Shown here: positions 51,939 through 63,420 of the stretch, one piece after another
Layout: every line of letters starts with the position of its first letter
Numbering within the stretch: the first letter of the stretch is position 1
Source: Callorhinchus milii
Taxonomy: Eukaryota
Reading direction: 5' to 3'
NCBI RefSeq assembly: GCF_018977255.1
Contig: NW_024704742.1
Location: 59,708,001 to 59,772,000, forward strand
Length of the DNA: 64,000 bases
Position numbers and translations under genes: made by a program
Notes under the pieces: model-generated
What the model saw: the letters and a program-made list of their open reading frames with translations, nothing else
What the model was told of the DNA's origin: nothing
Databases searched by the model: none

Positions 51939-52258
51939 GTGGAGTCCTGTAGCTCAGTGGTTAGAGTGCTCGCTTTCCAAGCGAGAGACCTGATTTCAAT
52001 TCCAGACAGGGTGAAACCTTGGGCAAGTTTCCTTACTCCACACGCCTAATAATAATCAATCCAAAACAGAAAACAATAATAAATTGGTCATTTTTAATCT
52101 ACGCCTGTTTGTGGGAAACTGCTGTGCGCAATTGGCTGCCGCGTTCGCCTATAAATACACAGTCAATTCACTTTACAGTATATTCTGTGAAGCGCTTTGG
52201 GACGTCTAGAAGACGTGAAAAGCACTATATCAAATGCAAAGATTATTATTATTATTAT
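51939..52258 (+). mobile_element. Young SINE, short form, full length, probable TSD AAGTGG
   Basis: Near-identical to the other young copies. AAGTGG occurs at 51937-51942 and 52259-52264. Confidence 0.95.
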
Positions 52259-53040
52259 AAGTGGTGGCAGTATTCCAGAAACGGAAAAATAAAAAAAATT
52301 ATTGTGTTTAATTTAACATCTTTTACTGTTTCTTCCATGTATCAGTCACTTCACAGTTATTTGCAGTTAGCTTCAATAGGTTGTTGTTCATTGTTTGTCA
52401 TATGGGCCATTTGCTAACAAATTACACCTTCAAGCCCTTCCAATCATGTCATTCAAGATACAATAATTGTGACTACAAATGTCAATGTCACATAGATGTT
52501 TTGATGTCACAGTCAACACACATTAAAAATTGAGACGAGCCTCAAACTGTACAACATAAAACCCAGACTAGAATGTGTTATCCCCTTTCTTTGCACTCAA
52601 CATAAATAATAGAAGTGCATTTTTGTTGTGCTGTTTATCTAAATCGAAGCTGTGTGTCCAGTTGTTTTAAGATAGTGCTTGTCTATTTGCTTGATACAGT
52701 GCTTTAACATGTGATGAGCATATCAAACCAATGAATGTGTAATAGGGAGCAACAAGGAGGGAGATGAAAGCATAGCCAAACATAAATGACTTTTCAGGAA
52801 GATTTTGAAGAGAGAAAGAAAGAGGAAATCGATCACGAGATTGAGAAGAGTCTCAGAGAGAAGCAGCTTGGAGGCTCAAGGTTTGGCTAGGAGTTTCGGG
52901 ACAGAGTTTTCAGGAACCAGCAATAGTTCTGAATTGGAAGATTAGAGGACTTGGGTATAAAAATAGGACCTGGAAGAGATTACACTGAGGGCAGGGGATA
53001 TACCAACTCAGCTCCTGTTAACATTGTAAACCAAAGCCCT

Positions 53041-54373
53041 AACAACAACAACAACAACAAGATTCCATTTATAAAGCGCCTTTCACGTCAGGAGGACGTC
53101 CCAAGGCGCTGCACAGTTGGGTCATGACCCGAGCAGGGGGGAGATGGTCAGGGTGAGGGGAGGGGAGGGAGCGAGGAGGGGGAAAATGGTCAGGGTGAGG
53201 GGAGGGATGGAAGGGAGCGAGAAGGGGGAAGAGAGTCGAGAACGGAGCTGAAGGCTCGGTCAAAGAGAAAGGTTTTGAGACCGGCCTTGAAGGAGGAAAG
53301 GGAGGAAGCGGCGAAGGCACTGGGGGATAGAGTTCCAGAGCCTCGGGGCTGAGAGGCTGAAGGCCCGACCACCGATGGTAGGGCGGTTGGGGCGGGGGAT
53401 GTGGAGCAGACCGGAGCCGGAGGAACGGAGGGTACGGGCAGGTAGGTAGGGGGATAGTAGGTTGGAGAGGTAGGAGGGAGCGAGGCCGTGAATGGCCTTG
53501 TAGGTGAGGATGAGGATCTTGAAATCAATCCTCTGGGGGATGGGGAGCCAGTGGAGGCGAGCGAGGGTGGGAGTGATGTGGTCCCGAAGCCTGGTGCGGG
53601 ACAGCACACGAGCTGCAGAGTTCTGAATGACCTGCAGCTTCTGGAGGGAGGTGGCGGGAAGGCCGGCGAGGAGAGAGTTCCCATAGTCCAGCCTTGAGGT
53701 GACAAAGGCGTGGACCAGGGTTTCAGCAGCGTGAGGGGTGAGGTAATGGCGTAGTCTGGCGATGTTCCGGAGGTGATGGAAGGCGGTGCCAGTTGTGGTG
53801 CGGATGTGAGGGAGAAAGGACAGCTCAGGGTCGAACAAAACGCTGAGGTTCCTGACTGGCTTTGAGAAGTGGAGAGTGCAGCCTTGGATGCTGATGGTGT
53901 CGGCGCCTGAGGTGCGGAGGCGCTGACGCGAACCAATCTGGAGGGCCTCGGTTTTTCGCATGTTGAGCTGAAGAAAGTTGTCTCTCGTCCAGGACTCAAT
54001 GTCAGACAGGCAGCTGTCAGGACATCGGTGGTCGTGGAGTTGAGAGTAGAGGAGGAAAGGTAGAGTTGGGTGTCATCCGCATACATGTGGAAGTTAACTC
54101 CATGTCTGCGGATGATGTCACCAAGGGGGAGCATATAGAGGGTGAAGAGGAGGGGACCGAGGACAGAGCCCTGAGGGACTCCACATGAGACAGTACGGGG
54201 GGTGGAGGAGAAGAAGCCATTCGTCGAGACAAAGTGAAGACGGTGAGAAAGGTACGACCTAAACCACTCAAGGACAGTGGTTGAGGTGGGAGGACAAGCG
54301 GTGGAGTAGGATAGCGTGGTCGACCGTATCGAATGCTGCCGATAGGTCGAGGAGGACGAGGAGGCAGAGGGAG
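53041..54373 (-). mobile_element. Young L2 LINE, 5'-truncated (RT domain to tail)
   Basis: ORF 53190-54467 has [21 protein letters not shown]…[14 protein letters not shown] 53260-53961 has [14 protein letters not shown]…[13 protein letters not shown]. CpGs are retained, and there is a perfect stem-loop and a long (GTT)n tail. Confidence 0.97.
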
Positions 54374-55049
54374 CTAAGGGGTAGTGTAGTCCTAGCGGGA
54401 TAAGCTGTTGGAAGCTTGCCAGAAGAGATAAAAAAGTGATGATCTCAGCAATGCTTCTGGGTTCCATAGACAGATAGGCAGTCTCGAGAGTCGGTCATTA
54501 TTTGTCATTCCATAACTCAGGAGATTTTGTATATTTAACTTTAATTGTAGCCACTTAAAACAAAGATTCAGGGATAAACAGAGTTGTCATAAAATTCTAT
54601 TCCGATCTTGGCTCATTTGGTGCAGTTATAATTTTACTTGATGCAGAGTATTTTCAAATACAATAATTTGTGCAGTAAATATGGACAGTATTCAAGATAA
54701 ATGGCACTAACTACATTCCACCTTGTGTGTCTATTCGCAATAAATCTGAATAACTTGACGTGAATGAAAATTGATGTACCAGAAGGTAGGGCCTGAGACA
54801 CAAAACAATTTTTTTAATTAAAAATAATTCATGAAGATAAAGATCCACTGACAGTCAAATGCCAGCTGGCTTTCTAGTTTACTTTCAGTACTAAATTTAA
54901 CTGTGAAAGACATACCCCACACTCTGTACAAAACAGATTAAAGAGGCATCTTACAGTCTATCAAATACAGTAATTGCTGCAAGAATAATTTCTGTACACA
55001 GGAAGCTCCATCTACAGGAAACATGACTCAACACACATATCGACTTCCC

Positions 55050-55975
55050 AAAGGTTTTTAAGTCAGATAGGTGCCTAACCCTAATCCAATCACCATGTTT
55101 AAAACTATCCAAACCAGACAGAATTCCACATATGTAAGTCACCTAAATATGGAAATTTCCCTGTGTCTGGAACTGAATGCTCAGATTCTACTGGAGGAAT
55201 AATACTAGCACTAATAATAATCCTTGCATTTGATATAGCGTCTTATCACGTCTTTGAGACATTTCAAAGCCTTCACAGAATAAATTGTAAGTGAATTGAT
55301 TGTTTTTTGTAGGCGAAACGGGGCAGCCAATTTCTAACAGCAGTGTCCCACAAACAGACGTGGATTGAGTGATCAATTTTTTTTTGAAGGAATGATTACA
55401 CTCGGAAAGCTATCCACCAATCGACTAACAACTGGGTTTCTACTTAAGGAAACTCCCTTCGATTGTGCCACTTCTCTGCCTTCCCTCACCCCTACACCAC
55501 CCCTCCTCCATGCTCGGGCCCCAACAACTGACTGTTCAGCGCTTTGGATCATCCTCCCGACGTGAAAGGAGCTCTATAAATGTAATTTTGTTGTTGTTAT
55601 TATGGCTAGGTAAACCGAAGCGTGTGGAGTAAGGAAACTTGCCCAACATTTCGCCCTGCAGGGAATCGAATGCCCCTTGCTTACTAATTCCAGAGAATAT
55701 TAGGCACAATTTGACAAGATAAAAGGTCTGTGGACCCCAGTGTTCATGTTCCGCTGAAGTTTAACTAGCTAAATAAGCCTAATTTCCCATTGAAAGCACT
55801 GTTTGGCAAGCTTCCCGCTGCTCTCCATCTTGGATCACCTAACCTGTTATCAAGTGATCTGGAGTACTGTAGATGTACCTGACTCAGGAACCATACTACC
55901 ACAGAGGATCAACTTAATTCCAATATTCCATTGCCAAGCACATCACCTTGGAGCCAGCACAGCTCCACGGAGAAA
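55050..55975 (+). repeat. Family X copy interrupted by nested SINE and L2 insertions
   Basis: GGAAATTTCCCTGTGTCTGG…CTGGAGGAAT resumes at GAATGCCCC (55668) and runs on to CATCACCTTGGAGCC. Confidence 0.72.
55201..55667 (-). mobile_element. Long-form SINE (head truncated) containing an L2 3'-end insertion at ~55447-55600 (+)
   Basis: Aligns to 17449-17760 except for a ~155 bp L2 tail piece. GAAT is duplicated at 55197-55200 and 55668-55671. Confidence 0.85.
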
Positions 55976-56531
55976 CTGTTCGCCTTCAGTGTAACATTCA
56001 GTTTAAATAGTGATAAAAAATGCAATATTTTCACCAATATCATTATCTCACAGCCAGAAGTTTTTGGATTACAATGTCACATCAAGATTTGAGCTCAAAG
56101 TCTAGGCTGATACTCCAATGCCTTGTTGTGGAGCTCTCAATGTTTGGAAATGTCATCCTTCGAATGAGGCATTAAATCTGGGACCCATCAGCCTGTTATA
56201 TAATAATATGAATACATCTTGCATTTTGATATAGCACCTCATCAGGTCACCAAGAAATCTCAAAGTGCTTCACAGGCTATAATGTAAAGTGGTTTGACTG
56301 CATTGTATGGGTGAAACACAGCAGCCAGTTACAACAACAACAACAAGATTCCATTTATAAAGCGCCTTTCACGTCAGGAGGATGTCCCAATTACATACAG
56401 CAATGAGATTGTTGGCCAGGACACAGGGAGAAACTCCCTTCTTTTTTTTCCTTGAATAGTGCCATCTTTAACATCCATCTGAACAGACAGATGGGAGCTG
56501 GGTTTGACATCTCACCTGAAGGATAGCACTT

Positions 56532-56849
56532 GTGGAGTCCTGTAGCTCAGTGGTTAGAGCACTCGCTTTGCAAGCGAGACACCTGAGTTCAATTCCAGGC
56601 AGGGTGAAACCTTGGGCAAGTTTCCTTACTCTACACACCTAATAATAATCCCTCCAAAACCAAAAACAATAATAAATTGGTCATTTTCAATCTACGACTG
56701 TTTGTGGGACATTGCTGTGCGCTATTGGCTGCTGCGTTCGCCCACAAATATACAGTCAATTCACTTTACAGTGTGTTCTGTGAAGCGCTTTGGGACGTCC
56801 TCCCGACGTGAAAAGCGCTATATCAAATGCAAGGATTATTATTATTATT
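56532..56849 (+). mobile_element. Young SINE inserted into an old minus-strand DeuSINE (56215-56910), TSD ATAGCAC
   Basis: ATAGCAC occurs at 56523-56529 and 56850-56856, and the flanks rejoin into the reverse complement of the Deu domain. Confidence 0.95.
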
Positions 56850-57419
56850 ATAGCACCTCCAACGGTGCAACACCCACCAGTGCTGCCTTGGAATCATCAT
56901 AATCTAAGATGACATTCCAAATCTCGATGTGGGGGATGTGGGCATGTAAAGTGGGCATGAAAGATCTAATGGCACTTTTTAAAGAGAGAAAGCAGTTTCT
57001 CCCACTGACTGGCCAACTATTCCCCAGGCTGTTTGTGGCACATTGCTGCGTGCAAATTGGCTACTGTGTTTGTCTACAAAATATACAGTCACAACACCTT
57101 GTAAACATCGATGCCAAAGGTTCTATATCAAAAGCAAGGATTATTAATTATTTTAATCAAAATTTCATGCATATTGTTAATGTCAATGCAAATGTGTAAA
57201 CCCTCTTCCTTGGCTTTGTTACAATTGTTGAGCCCAAAGCCTGAGCATTCTGTTGTACATATTCCATCATTGCAATGCCAATTGCTGGGAAACCACTTTA
57301 ACTTAACGTTTATGGGTTTTAAACCATGTTTATTAATGCTAAGATATGTAACTGATGGATACTTAACAATTCATATTCAGAAATGGATGAACTGGTGTGA
57401 AAGCTTTAATTTATTATTA

Positions 57420-57730
57420 GATGTTTTGGGTCAGGCTGATGTCTGACATAAACGGAAATCCATCATCGTGCTTAAGAGTACCCAACCCAGTTAGAGTTTC
57501 GCATATGCATGCCACCTATGCCTGCAAATTTCCAACAACAACTTGCATTTATGAACCACCCTTCATGCGGGTAGCATCTTGGAGCACTTTCCCTGTATTT
57601 TTGAACGGAATGTGCACTTTCCCCCTAGAGTGACACACCCTGTTTAACTTTTGCTGGAGAATATTAGGCACAGGCTGGCGAAAGCCAAGGCTCAAGAACC
57701 TCAGAGTATGTGTTCATGTTCTGGATCAAG
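57420..57730 (+). repeat. Family X 5' segment interrupted by a short L2-type tail (57533-57587)
   Basis: GTCTGACATAAAC…GCTTAAGAGTA…AAATTTCC [insert] TTTCCCTGT…GAGAATATTAGGCACAGG…GCCAAGGC. Confidence 0.65.
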
Positions 57731-58384
57731 TTCAATGCTACATATGAGGCTTACACAACACCAATCCAGATGCTTTGTGAGAAGCTTTGGCCTGTTGTGA
57801 AACTGACTCCATCGCCAGTGTGCTCAGCAATAGGTTAATGTAGACTGGAGTCCTCCCTGAAACTGTTTCCCCTTTTTACTACAAATCCATATCATTACTT
57901 TGTCCTTGACTTCACAAATGGGCAAAGTGTTACACGGAACTAGAGCGTGAAACCATGAAGGAGAACTGTTTGTACGCATCTTTTACCCTACAAGATTGAC
58001 CTACATTTAGACATTGAAAAGGATTGAGAAGGACTAAAATGTCCTTCATATCTTATCATATAGTGATATGGAACTCGTATTGTCTAGGCTTTCACTCCAA
58101 CGCATTGCTTGGGATGTGCTATATTGACAGAGGAACCATCTTTTAGATGATATGTTAAACCAAAGGCCTCATCTGCCTCTCTTGGTCAACGTTAAAGAAT
58201 CCCATGACACTATTTCTTGGCCAACAATTCCTCAAAATTAAAAGGGTCATTCACTTCAATGGCTGTTTATAATAATAATAATCCTTGCATTTGATATGAC
58301 ATTGTTGGGTGCAAATTGATTGCCATGTTTGTCTACAACATTTTTGATGTCCTGCTGATGAGAAAGGTGCTATATATTTAAGAC

Positions 58385-58675
58385 CACCGATTTATACACC
58401 GATTTAAGATTGTTGTTAAAAGAAACAGACGGGAGGTTAAGAATTTTTTTTTCACCCAGCGAGTTGATCAGATCTGGAATGCATTACCTGAACCAGTAGT
58501 GGAAGCCGATTCAATAACAACTTTTAAGAAGCAAGTAGATGAGAATTTGGGGAGGACAGGATTGCAGGGCTATGGAGAGAAAGCGAGCCAGTGGGATTGA
58601 GTTGGATTGCTCTTTTAGAAGCTGGCAAGGACACGATGGGCCGAATGGCCTCTTTCTGTGCTGTATGATTCTATG
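58385..58675 (+). mobile_element. CR1 LINE 3' end, relatively well preserved
   Basis: FFTQRV..IWNALP-coding sequence and the terminal GATGGGCCGAATGGCCTCTTTCTGTGCTGTATGATTCTATG. Confidence 0.9.
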
Positions 58676-58719
58676 GTCAATTGTATTGTTGCGAAAATTT
58701 AGAGGCCGTAGTACGAGTT

Positions 58720-58868
58720 AATATTAAAAATCACTTAGAAAGACATGGTATGATTAAAGACCAGTCAGCATGGATTTGTTAAACACAGAACTTGTTTGAC
58801 AAAACTAATCAAGTTCTCTGATGAAACAACCGAGAAGAGATAAAAGCACTGCTGTAGATGTGGTGTCT
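58720..58868 (+). mobile_element. CR1 RT fragment
   Basis: Degenerate HLERHGMIKD.QHGFVKHRTCLTKLIKF, resembling the QHGF..GRSC.TNL motif. Confidence 0.75.
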
Positions 58869-59377
58869 TTAGTTTATACGGTTACTTTGGCTAACTTGGT
58901 GCTTCTGATTGGTGAGGCATGACCAGAATGCTGGTAGAAAAGATAGGATAGAAAAGTTGATTGCTTCGGAATAGCTCAGAGTGATACCTTTCAATTATTG
59001 TCAGGAGTCGCAATTTGCATCTCATTACAAATATCACATTTCAAAACACCAATACATCTCATCTTTGGTACAGTATAATACATGCTCTCAGAAACACAAC
59101 TGTGGCCTGTGGACACATTTTATTCTATGAATGATTCATTGTACAGGCTTGGCAATGTATTGTACCCCTAACAACCATTACAAGTGACTGAGAGCACCTG
59201 AAGCCCAAAGGCAAGCCTGCAGCTAGAAATGGATTCTAAAGACAGGAAATGTACCTCACCATTCTTCTGCTCCTGTTTTCAAAGGTTTTGGAAGTGAACT
59301 TCAGCTAATCCAGTTATACCAGTTCATAAGTGTTTTAGGCATAGAAAGCAACTGACTTTACAGGCATTTTAAAAACA

Positions 59378-59621
59378 GCAACAAGATTTTATTTATAGAG
59401 CGCCTTTCATGTCGGGAGGACATCCCAAGGCGCTGGATAGTTGGGTCGGGACCCAAGCAGGGGGGATATGGTCAGGGTGAGGGGAGGGAAGGGAGGGAGC
59501 GAGGAGGTGGTAGAGAGTCGAGAGGGGAGCTGAAGGCACGGTCGAAGAGGAAGGTCTTGAGACCGGCCTTGAAGGAGGAAAGGGTGGAAGCAAGGCGAAG
59601 GCACTGGGGGATGGAGTTCCA
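59378..59621 (-). mobile_element. L2 3' end, same subfamily as 53041-54373
   Basis: Aligns to 53055-53337. Confidence 0.92.
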
Positions 59622-59665
59622 AAGCTTTTGACTCTTAAAGTACTATTTCAGTATCTGTTGTAGTA

Positions 59666-59981
59666 AATAATAATAATCCTTGCATTTGATATAGTGCTTT
59701 TCACGTCTTCTAGACGTCCCAAAGCGCTTCACAGAATATACTATAAAGTGAATTGACTGTATATTTGTGGGCGAAACGCGGCAGCCAATTGCGCACAGCA
59801 ATGTCCCACAAACAGTCATGGATTGAAAATGACCAATTTATTATTGTTTTGTTTTTTGGAGGGATTATTATTAGGCGTGTGGAGTAAGGAAACTTGCCCA
59901 AGGTTTCGCCCTGCCTGGAATTGAACTCAGGTCTCTCACTTGCAAAGCGAGTGCTCTAACCACTGAGCTACAGGACTCCAC
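59666..59981 (-). mobile_element. Young SINE, short form, full length
   Basis: Near-identical to the other young copies, with a TAGAA-loop tail. Confidence 0.95.
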
Positions 59982-62319
59982 AACTATATGGATATCTCTT
60001 TAATGGCATTGAATGATACGTATGGGTTAAGGCAATAATGGGACACTCTTGAGAATTACTTTGACATGCTTCACTGAACAACCTACAGCTGAAATAAAAA
60101 CAGACCAGTTACATTAGTTTTAATGCAATGATTTTCACACATCCAGTGAAATGTTTCTGGTTTTCTAAGAGAAACCAATAAATATTTAATTTGGTGCCAG
60201 TTAGACCACTTTAAGTTCAGACATTCCAACAACTTTAAAGTGACAAATTACTTATGGGAGGAAAATGTGTCAGCCAATCTGTCATAAATAATAATAATAA
60301 TCCTTGTATTTGATATGGAATCCTATCATTTTGCCGAAACATCTCAAAGCCCTTCTTAGGATTTACCGTTTAAGCATAGTGAGTATTTGTAAGCAAACTC
60401 AGCAGCCATTTTCATTGTTGACCGGGTCACTGTGGGATCTTTAACATCTATTTAAATGATGGACAAGACCTCAGTTGAATGCATAGCCTAGTCTACGAGC
60501 TCAAAAGCTAAACCACTGACAAGCATCTAAGCAAAAGTGGCCATTCAAGTTAACTTGGTTGCCTACTGAAAAAGCACAAGCATGTAACCAAATTCAAATC
60601 AGCAACTTTAGATAGGAAGGCTTAAGGATTGTGAAGTTAGAAGTTAGTGGAATAAACAGAGAGGCACTACTCACTTGAGAATACTGTGCATGGATGTCCT
60701 TCAAAAACATTTTGCAATAAATACAGAACATGCACAGAGCAACCCATTATACCTTGGTGATCTAGGTCCATAAGCTCAGACACCAACGTGGAAACAAAGC
60801 AGAAAAAAGGTTGACGTCTAGATCATCAGGTCATTACCACATCACTTCTGGCACATCACACCTGCGCACTACTTGCACAACCTCTGAATCAAAGACGAGA
60901 GTACGACCACCTAACCCAGGCTCACAACAATCATCGTGCTTTGCAATTGAAGAATAATCACTAAACAAGCCTCCAGAGATGTACCAGTGGAAACATACAC
61001 AGATGAGGAAAGGATCGAGAAGGAAAGAGAATTAGCAGAATAGATGAACTGTCCTTGCAAAAGGATTTCTAAAGCTGAGTTCCACATGCTCAAATCTTAC
61101 AAATCTCAAAATATCATAACCTCAAGTTTATGCAAGAAGCACTGAGTCAAGAAAGACAAAAGAATCTGTCTGTGTGTTGCTAGACAATGGCTTTGTGTTG
61201 CTCTTCGATTGCCGCAATCAAAACCTACATACTGCAAAAGGCTCGGTAATTGAAAGGTACCACAGCAATCAAATCATTTCAGGGGATTTGGCAACTTCAA
61301 GTGCAGAGCTTTGTCTGAATCGTTATCCCTGTTGCTTGGGCATATTTTCTCTGCTTTTTAAGCTTCAACCAAAGGAAATCTGCTGCATTTTGAAAGCAAC
61401 ATAAAATATCATAATCAAAAACTAGGTCGCAATTTGCTAAGTGTCAGAATGTTATTTTTCCTTGTCAGCGGCTGATTTTATTTATCAATTCAGTGGCTGA
61501 ATTAAATGTAAAATGTATCTCATAAGGATTTCATTGGTCCAGACATTAGCAGTTGCCAGATAATACAGAATGTAGAACAAACAAAAAAACAAAGAACACG
61601 CAGTTATATAGGATCTTCACATATGATAACATCTCGGAGCGCTTGAAAATAAAACTTCAAACTAACTTCCAATTTTTAAGTGGAGTACTAATAAATTAGT
61701 CATTCATGAGTGCAATTAAAGAAAATAAATATATTTTCATGATGTTACATTGCATTAGTCAGATTTCTTTATATTCCATTTAATTCCATTTGCCAAGAAT
61801 GATCCATCAAGTTGTTTAACTCTTCAGTCATGAGTAATTGCAAACAGAATTGCACTATTTATATTGTAACTAAAAAGCTTGTTCAAATAGCTTGTTTAAT
61901 TTGATGTGGAATCTGGGGTTAAATTGCATTGCTTCCAAATTATTTTAATTCAGTCAGTTTTAATATTTAACAATTGCAGCAAGCTCCATTACTTTTTACT
62001 TAAGCATGTGGTGCTTCTTGGTGGTGCCTGGCTTGTTGAAGTAAATAAATACAGTATGCTGACTGAAAGGCAGTCAAAAGTTTCTTTCCATTTCTAAAAT
62101 ACAGCACCTTTCCTGTATTTTGAGATAAGAGTGACAGACAAATTATCCATGGCCTGCTATCATTTTGCAGTAGGGGAGATTTTGTTTTAACTGAGAGATC
62201 ACCCAAATTGTAACATATTGTGACAAAGATAGAGCATGGAATTTTGCTCTGACCCTTAGAAGAAGTGTCAGCTTTGCTGAATTAGCAGCAATCTGGACTC
62301 TGAACCAAAAGTCATGGAT

Positions 62320-62612
62320 CAAGCCCGACATGAGGAGTTGAGCTCATTATCTTACTCATTGACACTCCAGTTCAGTGCTGGGGATTTGCTGCATTTTCAA
62401 AGATATCGTCCATCGGATGAGAAGTTAAATCAGAGGCCATCTCCCTTTTCTTCTGTCAGACATTAAAGATATTTAAAACTATTTGAAAAGAGAAAGGAAC
62501 TTTGCCACATGGCTGCTTGTAGCATTGTACTGTGTGCAAAATTGTCAATACAATTGACAACAGTTATCTATGAAGAACTTTTAGATGTGTTGATGTGATG
62601 AAGTGCTCCAAC
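62320..62612 (+). mobile_element. Old DeuSINE
   Basis: TGACACTCCAGTTCAGTGCTG…CGGATGAGAAGTTAAATCAGAGG…CTGTGTGCAAAATTG. Confidence 0.7.
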
Positions 62613-62639
62613 ATGCATTTTACCCTTGATATCTGGATT

Positions 62640-63420
62640 CAGAGACACGCAATGAGTACTTTCCTCCTCCCTGCGAGCTTTGCGGTGAGCAACGCATCTC
62701 AACATGAAATGCATGAGCACATTGCCACTGTCTTCCTATCCGCAGCTCGGGCACATATCCCTTCCCACTGAGGGATGGTTCCACAAATTGGAGATGCGGA
62801 GTTTAAGCAGCAGCTTCTTCCTTCCCTGCAGGCCAATCAAGGTGGATTCCAGGCAAAGGATGTAAGGACAAGTGTTCACAAACTCATACTCAATGATAGT
62901 GCCTTCCAGCAGCTGTCACCCCCAGTTTCTCACAACGTGAAAGGCCTTTACAAATGTAATTTTGTTATTGTTTCCTCATCAGTTATCTGGCTGGCATCTG
63001 TATTCAACATAGTGGGTGGACCTTTACAGGGCAGTTTGTGACATGCTAATCACCTTGGTGTTCTTGAGGTCCAACTGTAATGCTGCGTACCAGACTTACT
63101 GAACAAAAGCTGCTCAATCCAGGTCTTCATGTGAGGGATCTTGGCAAATAAACATGCCCACTGTGAAATCCACACCGCCTACAGGGTGCTCAGCATCATG
63201 TCAGTGTAGGCTGGAGCCCTCCCTCCCTGTAGCCGCTTCCCGTGTTTGCAACAAATCCATTTCACTTCTTGATCCTTGACACCTTGCATAAGGTGTCAAA
63301 ATTTGCAATACTTGTGTGAAAGGATTTGTTAACAGTTGATCTCGCAGGTAATGGGATGTTTCTCAGGTCCACGCTCTGGAGCTTCGCTTGGACACTGATT
63401 TCTTACGAGACAATAGGAGC
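62640..63420 (-). mobile_element. Old non-LTR retrotransposon remnant with a C-terminal CCHC zinc knuckle (clade uncertain)
   Basis: Minus-strand translation LLLKLRISNLWNHPSVGRDMCPSCG*EDSGNVLMHFMLRCVAHRKARRE, with the motif at 62694-62753. Interrupted by an L2 tail at ~62905-62972. The right boundary is uncertain. Confidence 0.55.

Noticed and set aside
53190..54467. 425-aa ORF as a host gene
   Set aside because: It is a frameshifted L2 RT fragment, and only the central part is in the true ORF2 frame.
56534..56605. tRNA-Ala(TGC)-like sequence, also at the heads of the other young SINEs
   Set aside because: It is the SINE head. It has no proper acceptor stem and always continues into the SINE body.
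56612..56902. Recurrent MGKFPYSTRLIII… peptides, resembling a multicopy small-protein family
   Set aside because: They are chance translations of the same SINE consensus, with frameshifts differing between copies.
60766..61100. Purine-rich, partly open frames suggesting an exon or TE ORF1 remnant
   Set aside because: There is no usable splice signal or recognisable motif, so it cannot be supported.
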